Positions 16,501 through 28,918 of a DNA stretch of 64,000 nucleotides are shown piece by piece. Made by a program: the position numbers and the translations under genes. Numbering within the stretch: position 1 is the stretch's first letter; the number at the start of each line of letters is the position of its first letter. The notes beneath the pieces are model-generated. The model was not told the DNA's origin, ran no database searches, and worked only from the letters and a program-made list of their open reading frames with translations. The stretch is from Balanoglossus misakiensis (taxonomy: Eukaryota; Animalia; Hemichordata): the NCBI GenBank assembly GCA_040954595.2, contig CM082580.2, positions 9,402,390 to 9,466,389 on the forward strand, given 5' to 3'.

Positions 16501-19500
16501 GCGTCCAGGGGGTTATTCTCCTAGAACCCAAAACGCTAGCACGGCAACTACTTACCCGGTTCTGTTGAGTGCCGTGATGCACTCCCCCGTTTTGGGATCC
16601 CACACCCTGATCTCGCCGCCGAGGCACGAGCTGACGATCATGGCGCCGTCGCTGACCAGGCACTCCACTTCCTGTATGTGCCCCTTCAGGACGGTCGGCG
16701 CCGTCTCGGCGATCTTCCGCACGTAGCTCTCCGCCCGCGACTGCAGGTACCGGAAGCTCCCGGTCTTGCCGTGGTTTCGTCCGGACACGCACTTGTACGT
16801 GATGACCAGCATGATGACGAAGAACGCCGCGCTCAGCAGGGCCAGGACCACGGTCAGCCAGAAGTCCCACTTGGTTGCTTTGAACAAAGGCACCGGCGGG
16901 CGATCTGCAAAGAACTTTTGATCTTCTCCATCGTCATCATCTTCATCATCGTCCTCCTCCTCATCGTCTGTTTCTACCTGACTTCTAATCATGTTCGTTT
17001 CATCTTTCTCTGGTAAGTCCGGCATCCTTGTAGCCTGCAACCGATTGGCCTGATGGATCTCTCTGGGATTTCTCATGCTGATCGCATCTTCTGGATCGAT
17101 AATGAAGGACAGCTGAATAGGTGGCAACATGCTGATGTATCTGCAATGAAGAGTTCACAAAATGAGCATCAGAAGAGTACTATGCTTTTAACCCTTTCAC
17201 CACCATGGTTGAGTCCAAACTCATTGTTTTCTATGGCAAAATTGGACCGCTGTATAAAGGGAATAGGGAGAACGCACAGATTTATGACACATGAGATCTA
17301 AAGACTATGACCCTCTTTACCTGTTGCTGAGACTGATATTATAACAATTGAACAGAGTCGGCCAGTGTCTGTACGACAGCATTCTCCACCAGTCTTTGGT
17401 GCTTCCCAAGCCCGAAGGATGAGTGAACGCATTCTTGTCTTTCTTCCGTTGCTTTATACTCCTGTCGTCTCTGCCGGCTGACGATGATGTCACTGTTGGT
17501 GGTTCACCCATCTGGTTGGAGTCCTTCTCTTGCAAGGGAACTGCCGGGTCTTCCTTCTCTGACGAAACGTCGACGGGAAGTGGTGAGTCTGCTTTGTTTT
17601 CTGTTAGCTGATGGACAATGCCGGTTTTGTACACTACAAACAATGTCACGAGGATCCAGACAACACTTGCCACCTGCATCAATGCAGACAAAAGAAAAAT
17701 TCAATTATTCTCCCCATTTTCTATCTTTGATAACGCAACTACATATAGTCTCTGATTTCTGATAGTTAAATTTCTATCATCTTTGTCGCTGATTGCAGAC
17801 TATATGTTCCTCACAATGAATACAAAGTCAAATTCCATTTTGGCTACTAAATAGACTTAACAATTCCACAAAGGGCAACCACTCTCACTCACCATGACAA
17901 TCCTGGACACCACTCTATACCGCGCCCAGAAGAAATTCAACCGCAGTCTCTTAGGCATTTTGCCGGCTGGAGGAGCAGAGGGCGATGCAGGGGGGCTCTT
18001 GGCTGCGGTCGGGTTCACCAACGACACTGTCGGCTGCACGTGGGTGTTTGGTGGTGGATCTGCCCACAGTGTCAATCCGGGAGACGACTTGGATCTCACC
18101 ATTGGATTAGATTGCACAGAATGTTTAGCTTCAGCTTTGGGGTCAGTCTCCTCCTCTTTCAAATCTTCTTCCTCGTCCTGGGCGGCCTGTGCTTCTTGGG
18201 CAAGCAGCTCCCTCTGTACACTCTTCTTCTGCAAGTCAGATAGCTAGAGATGGGACAAGAATGATTATCTTTTAGAAAGTTTGTATTTCTTTTCTTATTC
18301 AACTTATGTGCCACAATCAAAATTCAGTAAAAACTACAGTTTGGGTCGGTTTAGCCAGAATGGTCAGTGGACTTGTATCTCACCTCTAATCTTCTGATAT
18401 CAATTGAAAGTACTGTCACGAAGAACATCATTTGGAGGAAGAAATCTGTGATCAGACCGACTATGACAAACAGGCAAAATTCCTGTCAAGACAAAAGCAG
18501 AACATGATGTGTGTGAAAATCTTTATCATGGGAAAATCATCACAGTTGTGTGGAGAAATGGAAAAGGAAAAACAAAGGCATTTCCAAAATCACTAACTGT
18601 GGTGCTATTTCAAATATCCATTCTGACAACTGATAAATCATGTAAATATTCAACTGTACAACATAAAAAATACCAACCTGGATAGCAGGAACAAATGTGA
18701 AGTAACCGACACAAATGATCAATAACTCTGTATATAGGTTTTTAGTGATATACCAGCCCTCACGACTAAGTCCTGGGAAAGGAACAAAAGCTCAGAATGA
18801 AATGTATGAAAATCCACATCCCTCTCAAGATTCCATCAGCTTTGTTAAAAGCCAGAAAAATAATTTTAAATACCAGAAAAATAATTTTAAATGGTATCTT
18901 ACCTTTAGCAACTCGTATTTTCACATCAAGGTGCACGGGGGTAGACACTACAGACTTCGTCAGTACCCAAATATTTTCTAAACCAATAAATACTACCATG
19001 TAGGGGAAAATTTCACTGAAAAAAATCGAACAATTCCACATTTTATTCATCTTTTCGTCCTTGACACCCTTTTCTTAAATGTAACAGTATAGTTTCATTT
19101 TTCGTATAATGACTTCTACAGATATCATGAAAGGCGTTTCTCTCTTTTTTATCTTCATAATACTTACCCTTCTCTTACAGTTGGAGTTAATCCAAAGAAG
19201 GAACACAAACCAACAGACATGAGGAGTGAAGCTATAACCATGGCAACAGCACTGAAAGCTAGACCCCATTTTGACTTGACCATCTCAATTTTACCTGAAA
19301 CAGAAAAAGGTAAAATGTGAGAGATGTACATGCTGCGACAGTATTTTTATCTAGAGCATACCACCTGGCATGATATATAAAAAGCCAGTCTCTACCAGGT
19401 GAATACAACACAAAATAAGAATAGCACAGGGTAATAATACAGAAGTAGAAGGTATTCTATTTATTTATTTATTGAATTCATCCAAAGCATGTCTACTTAG

Positions 19501-22500
19501 GATAGGATGACTGCCACAGGTGCGAATCAACTATACAAAGCCAAACTGGCCACCTATTTCACACAGGAGATAAAGATTTGATACTTACGGACAGAAAAAT
19601 AGACATACATAAATAGTATAAGATAAGTAAGCCCAAGCCAGGTGAGTTCAACAAACCCTGGTTCATTCTGAAAAAAAAACAGAAATGCATGAAACATGAC
19701 ATTTGGTAAAATTATATCACAACTACGTCAAAAGTGTCAAAAACTATATTTTATCATCTTTCAACTGTTATTTACAATGACCCCCCATATGCTGACTATA
19801 AATTAAGTAATTTGTAAAATTTGAGACGGGTGGTAACCTTGACATTGATGTTTATCGCAGAGTTTACCAAGGACAGTGTGACCTAATTATCAACACCAGA
19901 TGCCATTACAATAGACTGCTTAACAATAATATGCTTGCCAATATTAGAATATGAGCAATGGCTATTTCCAAAACAATGACAATCTTTTTTTAAAATATTG
20001 ATATTGTAGCTGTTTTATTTTGCCTTGGTTCCTTCAGGAATTAAGAGAGAACATTTGGCTTACCTGAAAAAATATATGAGTCATTTCTTCTTCTTGGCTT
20101 TGGCTGATATTGACAAGGCTTTCTGGATAGATATGCTGAAGGTGTGTTTTGATGCCATCTATGAAACTAGTTTGAGAAAAATACATGATTATTCACCTCA
20201 ATCATTGATGAAATCATACATTTTAGACTTTGTTCCACACATCAATACTTTACCAGGCTGGGCCAATGAGAAAATTGAGTGCTGGGTTTATGTTCGCAGG
20301 TACCAACATGTGAATCTATTGTTTAGCCCAGATATTGTTAGTGATGGTGTTTTTTTTTCAGCAACAGCTGGATGTAATTGCCCTCTAAGCATTACAGATT
20401 AGGGTGGCATACAAGATATTAAAGGTATACGGTCACCAAGGGAAAATTAGCTGTAGTTACCATGGCAAATTGAGATCTAGCCAATCGCAGATTTTCAGTG
20501 GGTGGCACACGCGAAAAAAAGAGCGCCACCGTATGTTCTTTAGAACGCTCAAGTACGCCATTTCAGCCATATATGGGTACATGTATAAATATGAAAATTG
20601 GAGGTGACTGTATACCTTTAACTGATCTCTTTTGATGGCTTTTATAATATATAAAAAGGTATGCACAAAAGTATGTACAGTGAAAAGCTTACCTTGCATT
20701 ATAAGACTGGAGTACGACAGTTACAGAATAGGATATAACTCTCTGTCTATTGCGCATATAAAATCTGGATATTCCACTGTATTTCCATGGGATTCCAAAC
20801 AATAAATCTGGATCGTAAAAAAAAAGTATTAAGACTTATTTTTATTTTTATGCAATGATCATGTAAGGCTAAGGATTTGCAAAACTATCTCTGCTTCTAA
20901 TTGATAACTCTAATTTTGGTCCTCTGGTAGAATGTGGTAGTGATGTATAAATGAACTGTAAGTATTCTACATGCGTGGCTGCATGAGTCTCAATGATTCA
21001 TGGTAGATACAACCTGAATACAGAGACACAATGTGATTGATACGATTTCTACCCAAATAATGCAAAACTGAAAACGGCATTGCATTGATACGGCATAGAC
21101 CATCATGGCTCTATTTGAAATTCACAAAGGGAAACTACAATGCCCTACATGTAGCTAGCAATGCTCAGATTCCGAAATTGGGTTGGGAAGCTCTTTAATC
21201 ATGTCTCTCTCAAGGTTGCAGGACATATGGTGGCTTTGAATTCTGCACATACAACCTGTAAATCTGTGATAAATATTTTACTGTCTGAAATTTAATGCAG
21301 ACATGTCAAGGTGATTGAAATATTGGGGATGGATTGGACAGTGTTATCACTTTCGCTTAGAGCATTTCTGCTACATTCTACTACACATGCTATAGAAACC
21401 ATGGGAACATACATTTCTATGCAAAAATAAGGGAAACACACTCGGGGCTGATGTGGATTAGATATAATACAGTTACTACATGTACATGTATATTTTAAGC
21501 CTTTTACAATTTGAGGCATTACTTATTTATGATAATCCATTTGATGATAAACACATGGCGCATGCAGTGGACAACAGCTGAAAACTATCTGAGATATTCA
21601 ATCAGTGATTTCTAACACGAGCTCCTGTGGAACCCTTTTGAAATATAAATACGAGATGTGACCTGAAAATATAATGCTCCTGTGGTTGGAATGTTGCATG
21701 TTTGGCGCTGGGCTAAAAATCAGGGATGACTTCAGGATAAGCAAAGATAATTTGACTGAACTGGCCAACTGCCAAAAGGATCTCAGCCATGTTTAATTAC
21801 CTAGCTACTTGAACTGTCAACAAATCTGGCCGGAATTTTCTATTATCGTAATTTCTATAACCTGGTGCGGATTACATAGCAACAAGGCATGTTTTCATTA
21901 TATCCACAGCAGACAGATACACAAGACAACTGTCGGTGTCCTTGACCACAAGTGTGTACATGTACATGTTCATTATCGGTATCTTTGAACTGTACCAAAC
22001 CTTTTGTAACAATTAGTGACACACACAGCAGTTCGCATCCACAGTTCCTGACACTCCCATGACAGAAGTTATACGATTATTGAAAATATTTGATGTTGTT
22101 TACATTCACCCTGGTATATTATCAATTTATTTACAGTGGGTCATCTGTCATCCAGACAGCGATCTGAAACTTACAGGGTTTCTGTTGTTGGGTGTAACAT
22201 TGTAATGACATACCGGTGGTCTTAGATCAGCTTTTGAAACAACTAGGCACCTAGTTTCATGTTGTTTCTGTACATGCACAGTAGGACAGGGGCTGACAAA
22301 TGTGGGGTAATACGTAAACTGACAAATTGTGTCATTGGGACTGAGTCAAAAGTGAATTTCAGAGATGGACAATATGCTGGGTACACAACTTGACAATACC
22401 AAGCCTGTAACAGTCAACAATGCATGGATATGGCAAGGCCCTTCTTTACTTTACCTTAAACATATTAACCCTTACCTTTGAGATTTGGAGAATAGTCAAT

Positions 22501-24544
22501 TGTTGTTCCCTGATGTTTATAAATACTTTGTATAAGATCGCCATCATTTGCAAACATGTCTTCATCTTTGTCCCATATCAGAGCTGGAGAGAGCATCAAG
22601 CAATCGTGACTAGGGAGCATCTTCTTATTTTGGTGCTTGGGCAGAAGTTCCATCACATAAAGACAGAAGCTTCTGATTGACAGACTGCAAGATGGGAAAG
22701 GACAGATATACATGTATGACGTGAGGTTGTTATAATTGTGAAGGCAAAGTATATTTCTTGAATGAAAATACTGTATTTTCAAACAAGGACTGACGAATAC
22801 ATACCTGTTGTTTAACTTGAAATCATTCAGATCTTTGAGTAACGGAAATACTTTTGACAGAGGTGCCCTGAATGCATCTGAACTAATAAGGTTTGGCTGC
22901 CATGGTGACACAACAGCCTTCACATTAAATTGTTGAATGTAAGCAAGGGGTGGACCATCAAACTGTGGACAGAAAAAAAAAAAATAACAGTCATTATTTT
23001 CGTCTTTGACAGTTCACCATTGATATTTGTTTAAGTTGCCATAGACTACAGAAGCACGAATCTCTTCCATGCTTTAATGCTCTTGTCAGCACTCAGACAT
23101 TTCTCCGGATATCTCAAGTACATCATGCAGATATTTCTGTTGACAATATGTCTGAGTAGAACACATCCAATGTCGACTTGGCTGCCAACTTTGAAGCAAA
23201 CTGCACCTATGGACTAGATATAGCACAGATACAGGTCATTCAACTCGCAACCTGGTCATCATGGACAGGCACCTGGTTGTACAGTGGGAAATGAAATCAG
23301 AATCAGATAGATTGATAACAGGACATGACCTTGCTTGGTCTTGATACCATGTGCTTTTGGAGCAGACACCGAACAATGAACTAAAACGGTGGTAAAACGG
23401 TTCTTTCCTCTAATGCAATGCGATATCTGCAATCTGAGTGATTGACTCACTAATCCTTTGACTTCTGCTATCTGGTTGTAACAAAGGTCTCACTCGAATC
23501 AGCGCAGACAGACAGATTCAGCCATGTGCTCTGCCGTCTCCCGCCCTAACCCAGATATGACTGACTCTTATCTGTCTAAAATCATACATGTTTACTGATC
23601 AATGTTCGAGACATTCTCTTTCTCAGAAGATGCAGAAATGAAACTTGAGGTGTTTTACTGACTTCAGAAATGGATTTTATCATACTTTGAACACAAATCT
23701 ACATCATTCTGATTCCCAAAACCCCAGATGGTAAGTGCACAGAGATAGAAGATAAGATGTGAGACACATCTGTCCACCTTACCCAGTTTGGGATGGATGA
23801 ATCGCTGGCTTCCACGGTATTTGGCGTCGGCGGTATGGTTGGTCTGTTTGGACTTTTCCTGAGGGGCAAACTGTACTCTTTCACTGGTGTGGAGAACTCC
23901 AATGGGGCGTAACCGGGCAGTGGTAAATTGACGAGTGGGTAACTGTGTAGACAGAGAGAGAGAAATACACACATCTCATGTTACTGTAAGTTCATAACCC
24001 ATTCGCTGTTGACCAAAGAGTGAACCCAGGCATTACTCTCTTCTCCATATGATATACTTCTCCATACAGGGTGGAATTTTTAATCATATATTGCAAGTCT
24101 CATTTGAGTCAAGTTACATGTACAGCTGTTATTAGTAAAATATCTATTCAGGTATTTCACTTATTCCTACAATAATCTATGTACAAATAACATCAATATT
24201 TAGCATTTTTGTTGAATATTAATGTACTTGTTCACAAGGAGAAGAATTTGACAAGCAAGACAGCAACTCAATTCGGAAGTTCAATTTCACAACAATTTGA
24301 TATAATTTATTTATTATTGATTCCTTCAAATACAGTATTTCAGAATTAACCATCCCTTAAATAAATTGTCTTTGACCTCCTCGCGTTTGTTTTACAAGAT
24401 ACAGATTTGGAATATCTCTACTCACCTACAGACAATGGCCACCAGTATTGTGAAAGTGATCATGCAAAATGGATGACTGGAACAAAACAGGCCGTACTTA
24501 TAGTAGACCTGGGACACCACATTACGTAGTTTTCTTGTCGACAT
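13598..24544 (-). CDS. SCAP: SREBP cleavage-activating protein (sterol-sensing domain plus WD40), multi-exon
   Basis: Starts [25 protein letters not shown]. Contains [23 protein letters not shown], the SSD segments [33 protein letters not shown] and SIDIRR, loop-7 [13 protein letters not shown] and WD repeats ([20 protein letters not shown]). Ends [24 protein letters not shown]. Confidence 0.96.
17188..17272 (-). mobile_element. MITE copy 2 (inverted, in a SCAP intron)
   Basis: TTAACCCTTTCACCACCATGGTTGAGTCCAAACTCATTGTTTTCTATGG... is the reverse complement of the family consensus. Confidence 0.7.
18852..18892. repeat. 21-bp tandem duplication in a SCAP intron
   Basis: Two adjacent copies of CCAGAAAAATAATTTTAAAT with a 21-nt period. 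Confidence 0.8.
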
Positions 24545-27500
24545 CTTGGCTGTTCGTAATCGTGGTGATAGTGATGACACTGGGCAGCTGATATGAATCC
24601 TATGCTAGCTTATGCTAATCTGAAAATCAAACAAAAATTTATTAAAACTTCCTTAATAATAACCAATCTTCATTTAAATGACAATTAAAATGTCTTATCA
24701 ATTTGCATAATTGCATACATTCAAAGCTGAGGAGTGCAAGCATGTGGCTTCATCATGGGTACATGAAATGCATGTAATTCCCCTGGAATACAGATAGACA
24801 TGCTACCTGTTTGAAGAAAGATTTCCAGTATGGCACACGCAATGCTGAAGAATAGCTGGTGAATACAGCACACTCATGACCGAATAAACTGATTATCAAC
24901 TTGTAAGTTGTAAAATTCAACTAGTGATCAATATTTCATTCAACAAGCTTGTTTGTTTATAAGAAAGCCCGACCTTTCTTCACAATTAATCCCATAAATG
25001 CCACAGTACACAATTACAATTGTTGCAAAGAGGATTGGTTTTGCCTCTGTTTGTTGGACAAAATAACGTCACCGATTGTTTTCTCTGGGGCAAAAATCAA
25101 TACAGAACACCTACAAGAAGTCTTGTACAATTTAGTGACAGAAGCAAACAAACTCTGAAAGGTTAAATATACATAGGTAGTGGACTGTAAATATTTAGGT
25201 GTATTCAAAATATTCTAAAATGACTGGTGTTCAATTCAATGTTTGACATACAGGGTTATCTGACATGACAGCAAGAGATATACTAGTAGTCAACAATGCC
25301 TAAAAAAATCAACTGCCAGAGATATAAGCACAAAATGATTTATCACCTATTTTTCTCTCAACCAAATGAAATCCAGTTCAACTCATATTTTGCAAGAACA
25401 CTCTCGGAGACACTGTCAGGTATCTTCACATCAGACAAGAACCTTGTAATCTCAGCTGTGACTGAGAAATTTTCTAGTACGGTGTAAAACATTTAGGCCA
25501 TCAATTTCAAGGATGAACATGACCAGCTACTCCGACATGCATAAAACCCCATGGGCTGCAATTAAATTAAGGTAGTAATTTCAACACCTCCTTTATGCCA
25601 CGTGTGAATTGTAAAGGTCAACCATCAGACAATGGGAGAGGACAGAAGAACAATAAAATGATAGAGAGATACTCTATCGTTGCAATACTTTATCTCAGAC
25701 ACTCTATTATGTACTGAGATAAAACTGAATGACCATCATCTGATCTACATACTTCTATATCTGCTTCTTTACTTGTACCTGTACTATCTGATGGAACTTT
25801 ACCTCTCTCCCTCTCGCTCAGGTTTCACGTATCTCTATAGCAAAGGTCATTATTTCACCTGTCACATTTGTTTATGAGCCTCATTTTACACATTATTTCA
25901 CAATTCACAGTTCCATGATCAAGTGACCAATACATGGATATCACTATTTCACAAAGTGTAAATGTCACATGTGCTATCAATAAAGGTTGCATCATCATGT
26001 TGGCAGACTATCCTCATTTCTGCTTTCATAAATGTGTGTGTGTGTGTTTGTTCATTACACTTCCACTGCAGCTCAACGGTCGAAGTCTCACACGGTCAAA
26101 GGGTCAGAATGGTGGTACAGACTCTTCACTTACTTTTTGGACAACAATATGAAACTCTTCACAGCATGGGGCATTTTGGCTAAGGTTTTGTGTCCTTTGT
26201 TTCGCTGAAATATATCTCTGATGTTAATTTCTGCAACACCAACCACAAGTCCATGTGTCTTTCTTGTGCTAATAGTATGAAAGTATGATGTTTTAAAACG
26301 TCTTTTCTGTCTCTGCTATGTGACTGTGATTTCCAGGCATATATTTTCAAAATAATCCCACTATCACTAATAACCAAATTTGCACAAATTCTAAACTTTT
26401 CAACTCGCAGTTTACACTTGCACAAAAGACTGTAATACCACTCTGTCTGTACTCATGTTTCCATCATTCTGACTGAAAGGTGAACAAAAGGACAAAAGAA
26501 ATGAGTTCAAACGGTCAACTTAGACTACAGACCAAACAGGTCAAAGGTCTTGCGACAAGAAATAAGCCATATAATATAATTTTTATACTTCATGTATTTA
26601 CCACTCCTTCACAAAATAGGTTAACTAACATTAACTGGAACATGAAGGTTCAAACAAGGGTCAATTGTGGATTTAATGTCTGTTGTTGCAGGCATCATTG
26701 AATAGTGGTGGTACTGGTAGCAGTTGTACTGTAGTAAATAATGTTCACTACTTACTGCTTGGCCAACCCCTTTTATGGCTAGCTAGGGTCATTTTTTAAA
26801 GTTAAGGTTATCGCCAAAAAATCTAACACAGGTATTATCTTACCTGGATAGGAAGTACAAGAACACAAGAATGTTGTAAAGACAATCAATCACTGTACGC
26901 CTGGTGATAAATGAGCTTGTTTTTGTGCTTTCATCTAGTGCCCTTTTCTTTCTTTTTAACGCATATTTCACAGAATACAAACGGACCAGTATATAACTGA
27001 TACTAGATGAGGCTGGTAGCCAAAATAAAAACCTTCACAATTCTTAATGTATCAGCCTGTAACGCAGACATTTCTGCACAAAACAATTCTGCACAACTAC
27101 TTTTACCTTTGACACACCCCCTGCATACTCATACTGAAAAGCCATATACAAGGAACAAGCATCGAAGGGCGATGAATGCACTTAAGTGTACTCTTGCTTT
27201 CTGAATGAAAATGTTTACTTTTGTTAATTCTGGGCTACAATAAAGGTATATTCTTTAGTTGTGTACCATTGACTATAGCAACCATGTAAACAGTTAAACA
27301 TTTCGTCATTGTAAAGCTTTGGGCCTGCCATAACACCCGTTCCCAATATTTATGAATGCGTTAAGTGATAGTTACAGTATTGCTACACATTACCAATTCT
27401 AGTGGAAATGCAAGAGACACAACAGCCAATATCAGTATTACCAAGAATATCTTTCTGAGGTTGTAAATAACAATGTGTAGATTGTATAGATATAGGTATC

Positions 27501-28209
27501 TAAAAGATATTCCCACCTGTTTAAAATTGCCACACATTCCATTAAAATTTAGGAGAAATGGATAAATCTGCCAGTCTGCTAAATCGAATTTACAGTATGT
27601 TAACCTGTCTGGTAAATGGTATGGTCTCCTTCATCATGCTGAATACTGTAGTGTAGACTGTAGTAATGTACTAATGTCTGATTTCAGTGACATTATAGGT
27701 TGTGACAACTATTTTGCTGCGGAATGCTTGTTTTAAAATCCACACCAAAGAAACCGAGTTTTTGTTTACTTCAGTGTTGTGGCAGCTCACCTGTACAACC
27801 TACATGACATCACTATCAACCTATCATGCTCTCCCATCCATTTATGACTCATCCACCGCCCCATTGGCAATGTTGGTACATGTACATTTTGCGGCGGTAC
27901 GAAATCGCTGAGGTGATGTACTATAAATATAAAAATATCACGCGATACACATGACGTGACCTGTTCTTTGGGTGACGTCTTTATCGAGAGGAAAAGGGCC
28001 ATCTTCTATGACTAGTGCGACAGACGTCACCTACTGTCACCATGCAAACATGTGCAAAGGCAGAAATGTATCGGTGATGCAAGTGGGCGATCCCCTGTAT
28101 CAACAACGGGACGCAGCCGGCCCTTGATAAAAAGGGTTATATATGGCCCAGTTTCGACACACCGAGTCTCCTTTTTACATGATTACATTCGAATTGATCA
28201 TAAACTCAC

Positions 28210-28330
28210 CATACTCGCGACGTCCATGCTCTCGCTTTCAGAAAGTGTATTTTTTCACTGCATCAACGGAAATGTGTTGATTCTCGATGTAGTCCGCCAT
28301 TTTACCTCAGTTACCCATGATGCATTGCTG
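28210..28330 (-). promoter_or_regulatory. SCAP: Putative SCAP promoter and non-coding first exon
   Basis: ZNF143/Staf-like TTACCCATGATGCATTG (28311-28327), YY1-like AAAATGGCGG (28294-28303), donor ATG|GTGAGT at 28210/28209 and CpG-rich context. Matching acceptor TTTTCAG at 24620. Confidence 0.65.
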
Positions 28331-28918
28331 GAGGCAAGGCCCAAAAAAATAAAGTGATCGGTCTTTGCACGGAATGATTCCCGTTTAATATGTGCGCATG
28401 TTTGCTTTTATGAAAATAAGCAATTTTATCTTCTTACAAATATTCTGAAATATTAATGATTTGTATCAATCATATTTGCATCCGACTCGACTACTGGTAC
28501 TATAAAGCGCCCTCTGCGACAAAGTTGAAGTCTATCATTTGTTTTTCATTAGTTTGACATTTATACTGGTAGTGCTGCCTCAGGGGTCGTGTTCCCTTTG
28601 TGTCACATGTAATAGCATAGTACATGTATCATTGATAGAATCATACACAGCTTGTGTGATAACTACCATTTCTTTATTTATTGCACTTGTGCCATGGCAA
28701 CAACTGTTTTGATTTCATTACAAATTGAAACAAAGAGTTGCAAATTGTCATTTTGCACATTGGGAAAAGGACCAAAAGTAACGTTAAAAGACAGTGACAT
28801 TATTTTATTTTGTTGTATATATATGTTTCATTACGTTTCATAAAAGATCCAAGTAATATTCAAATAAACTCAATTTATTTTCCAATGCATCTGATATACA
28901 TGTATTTCATTTTGACAT

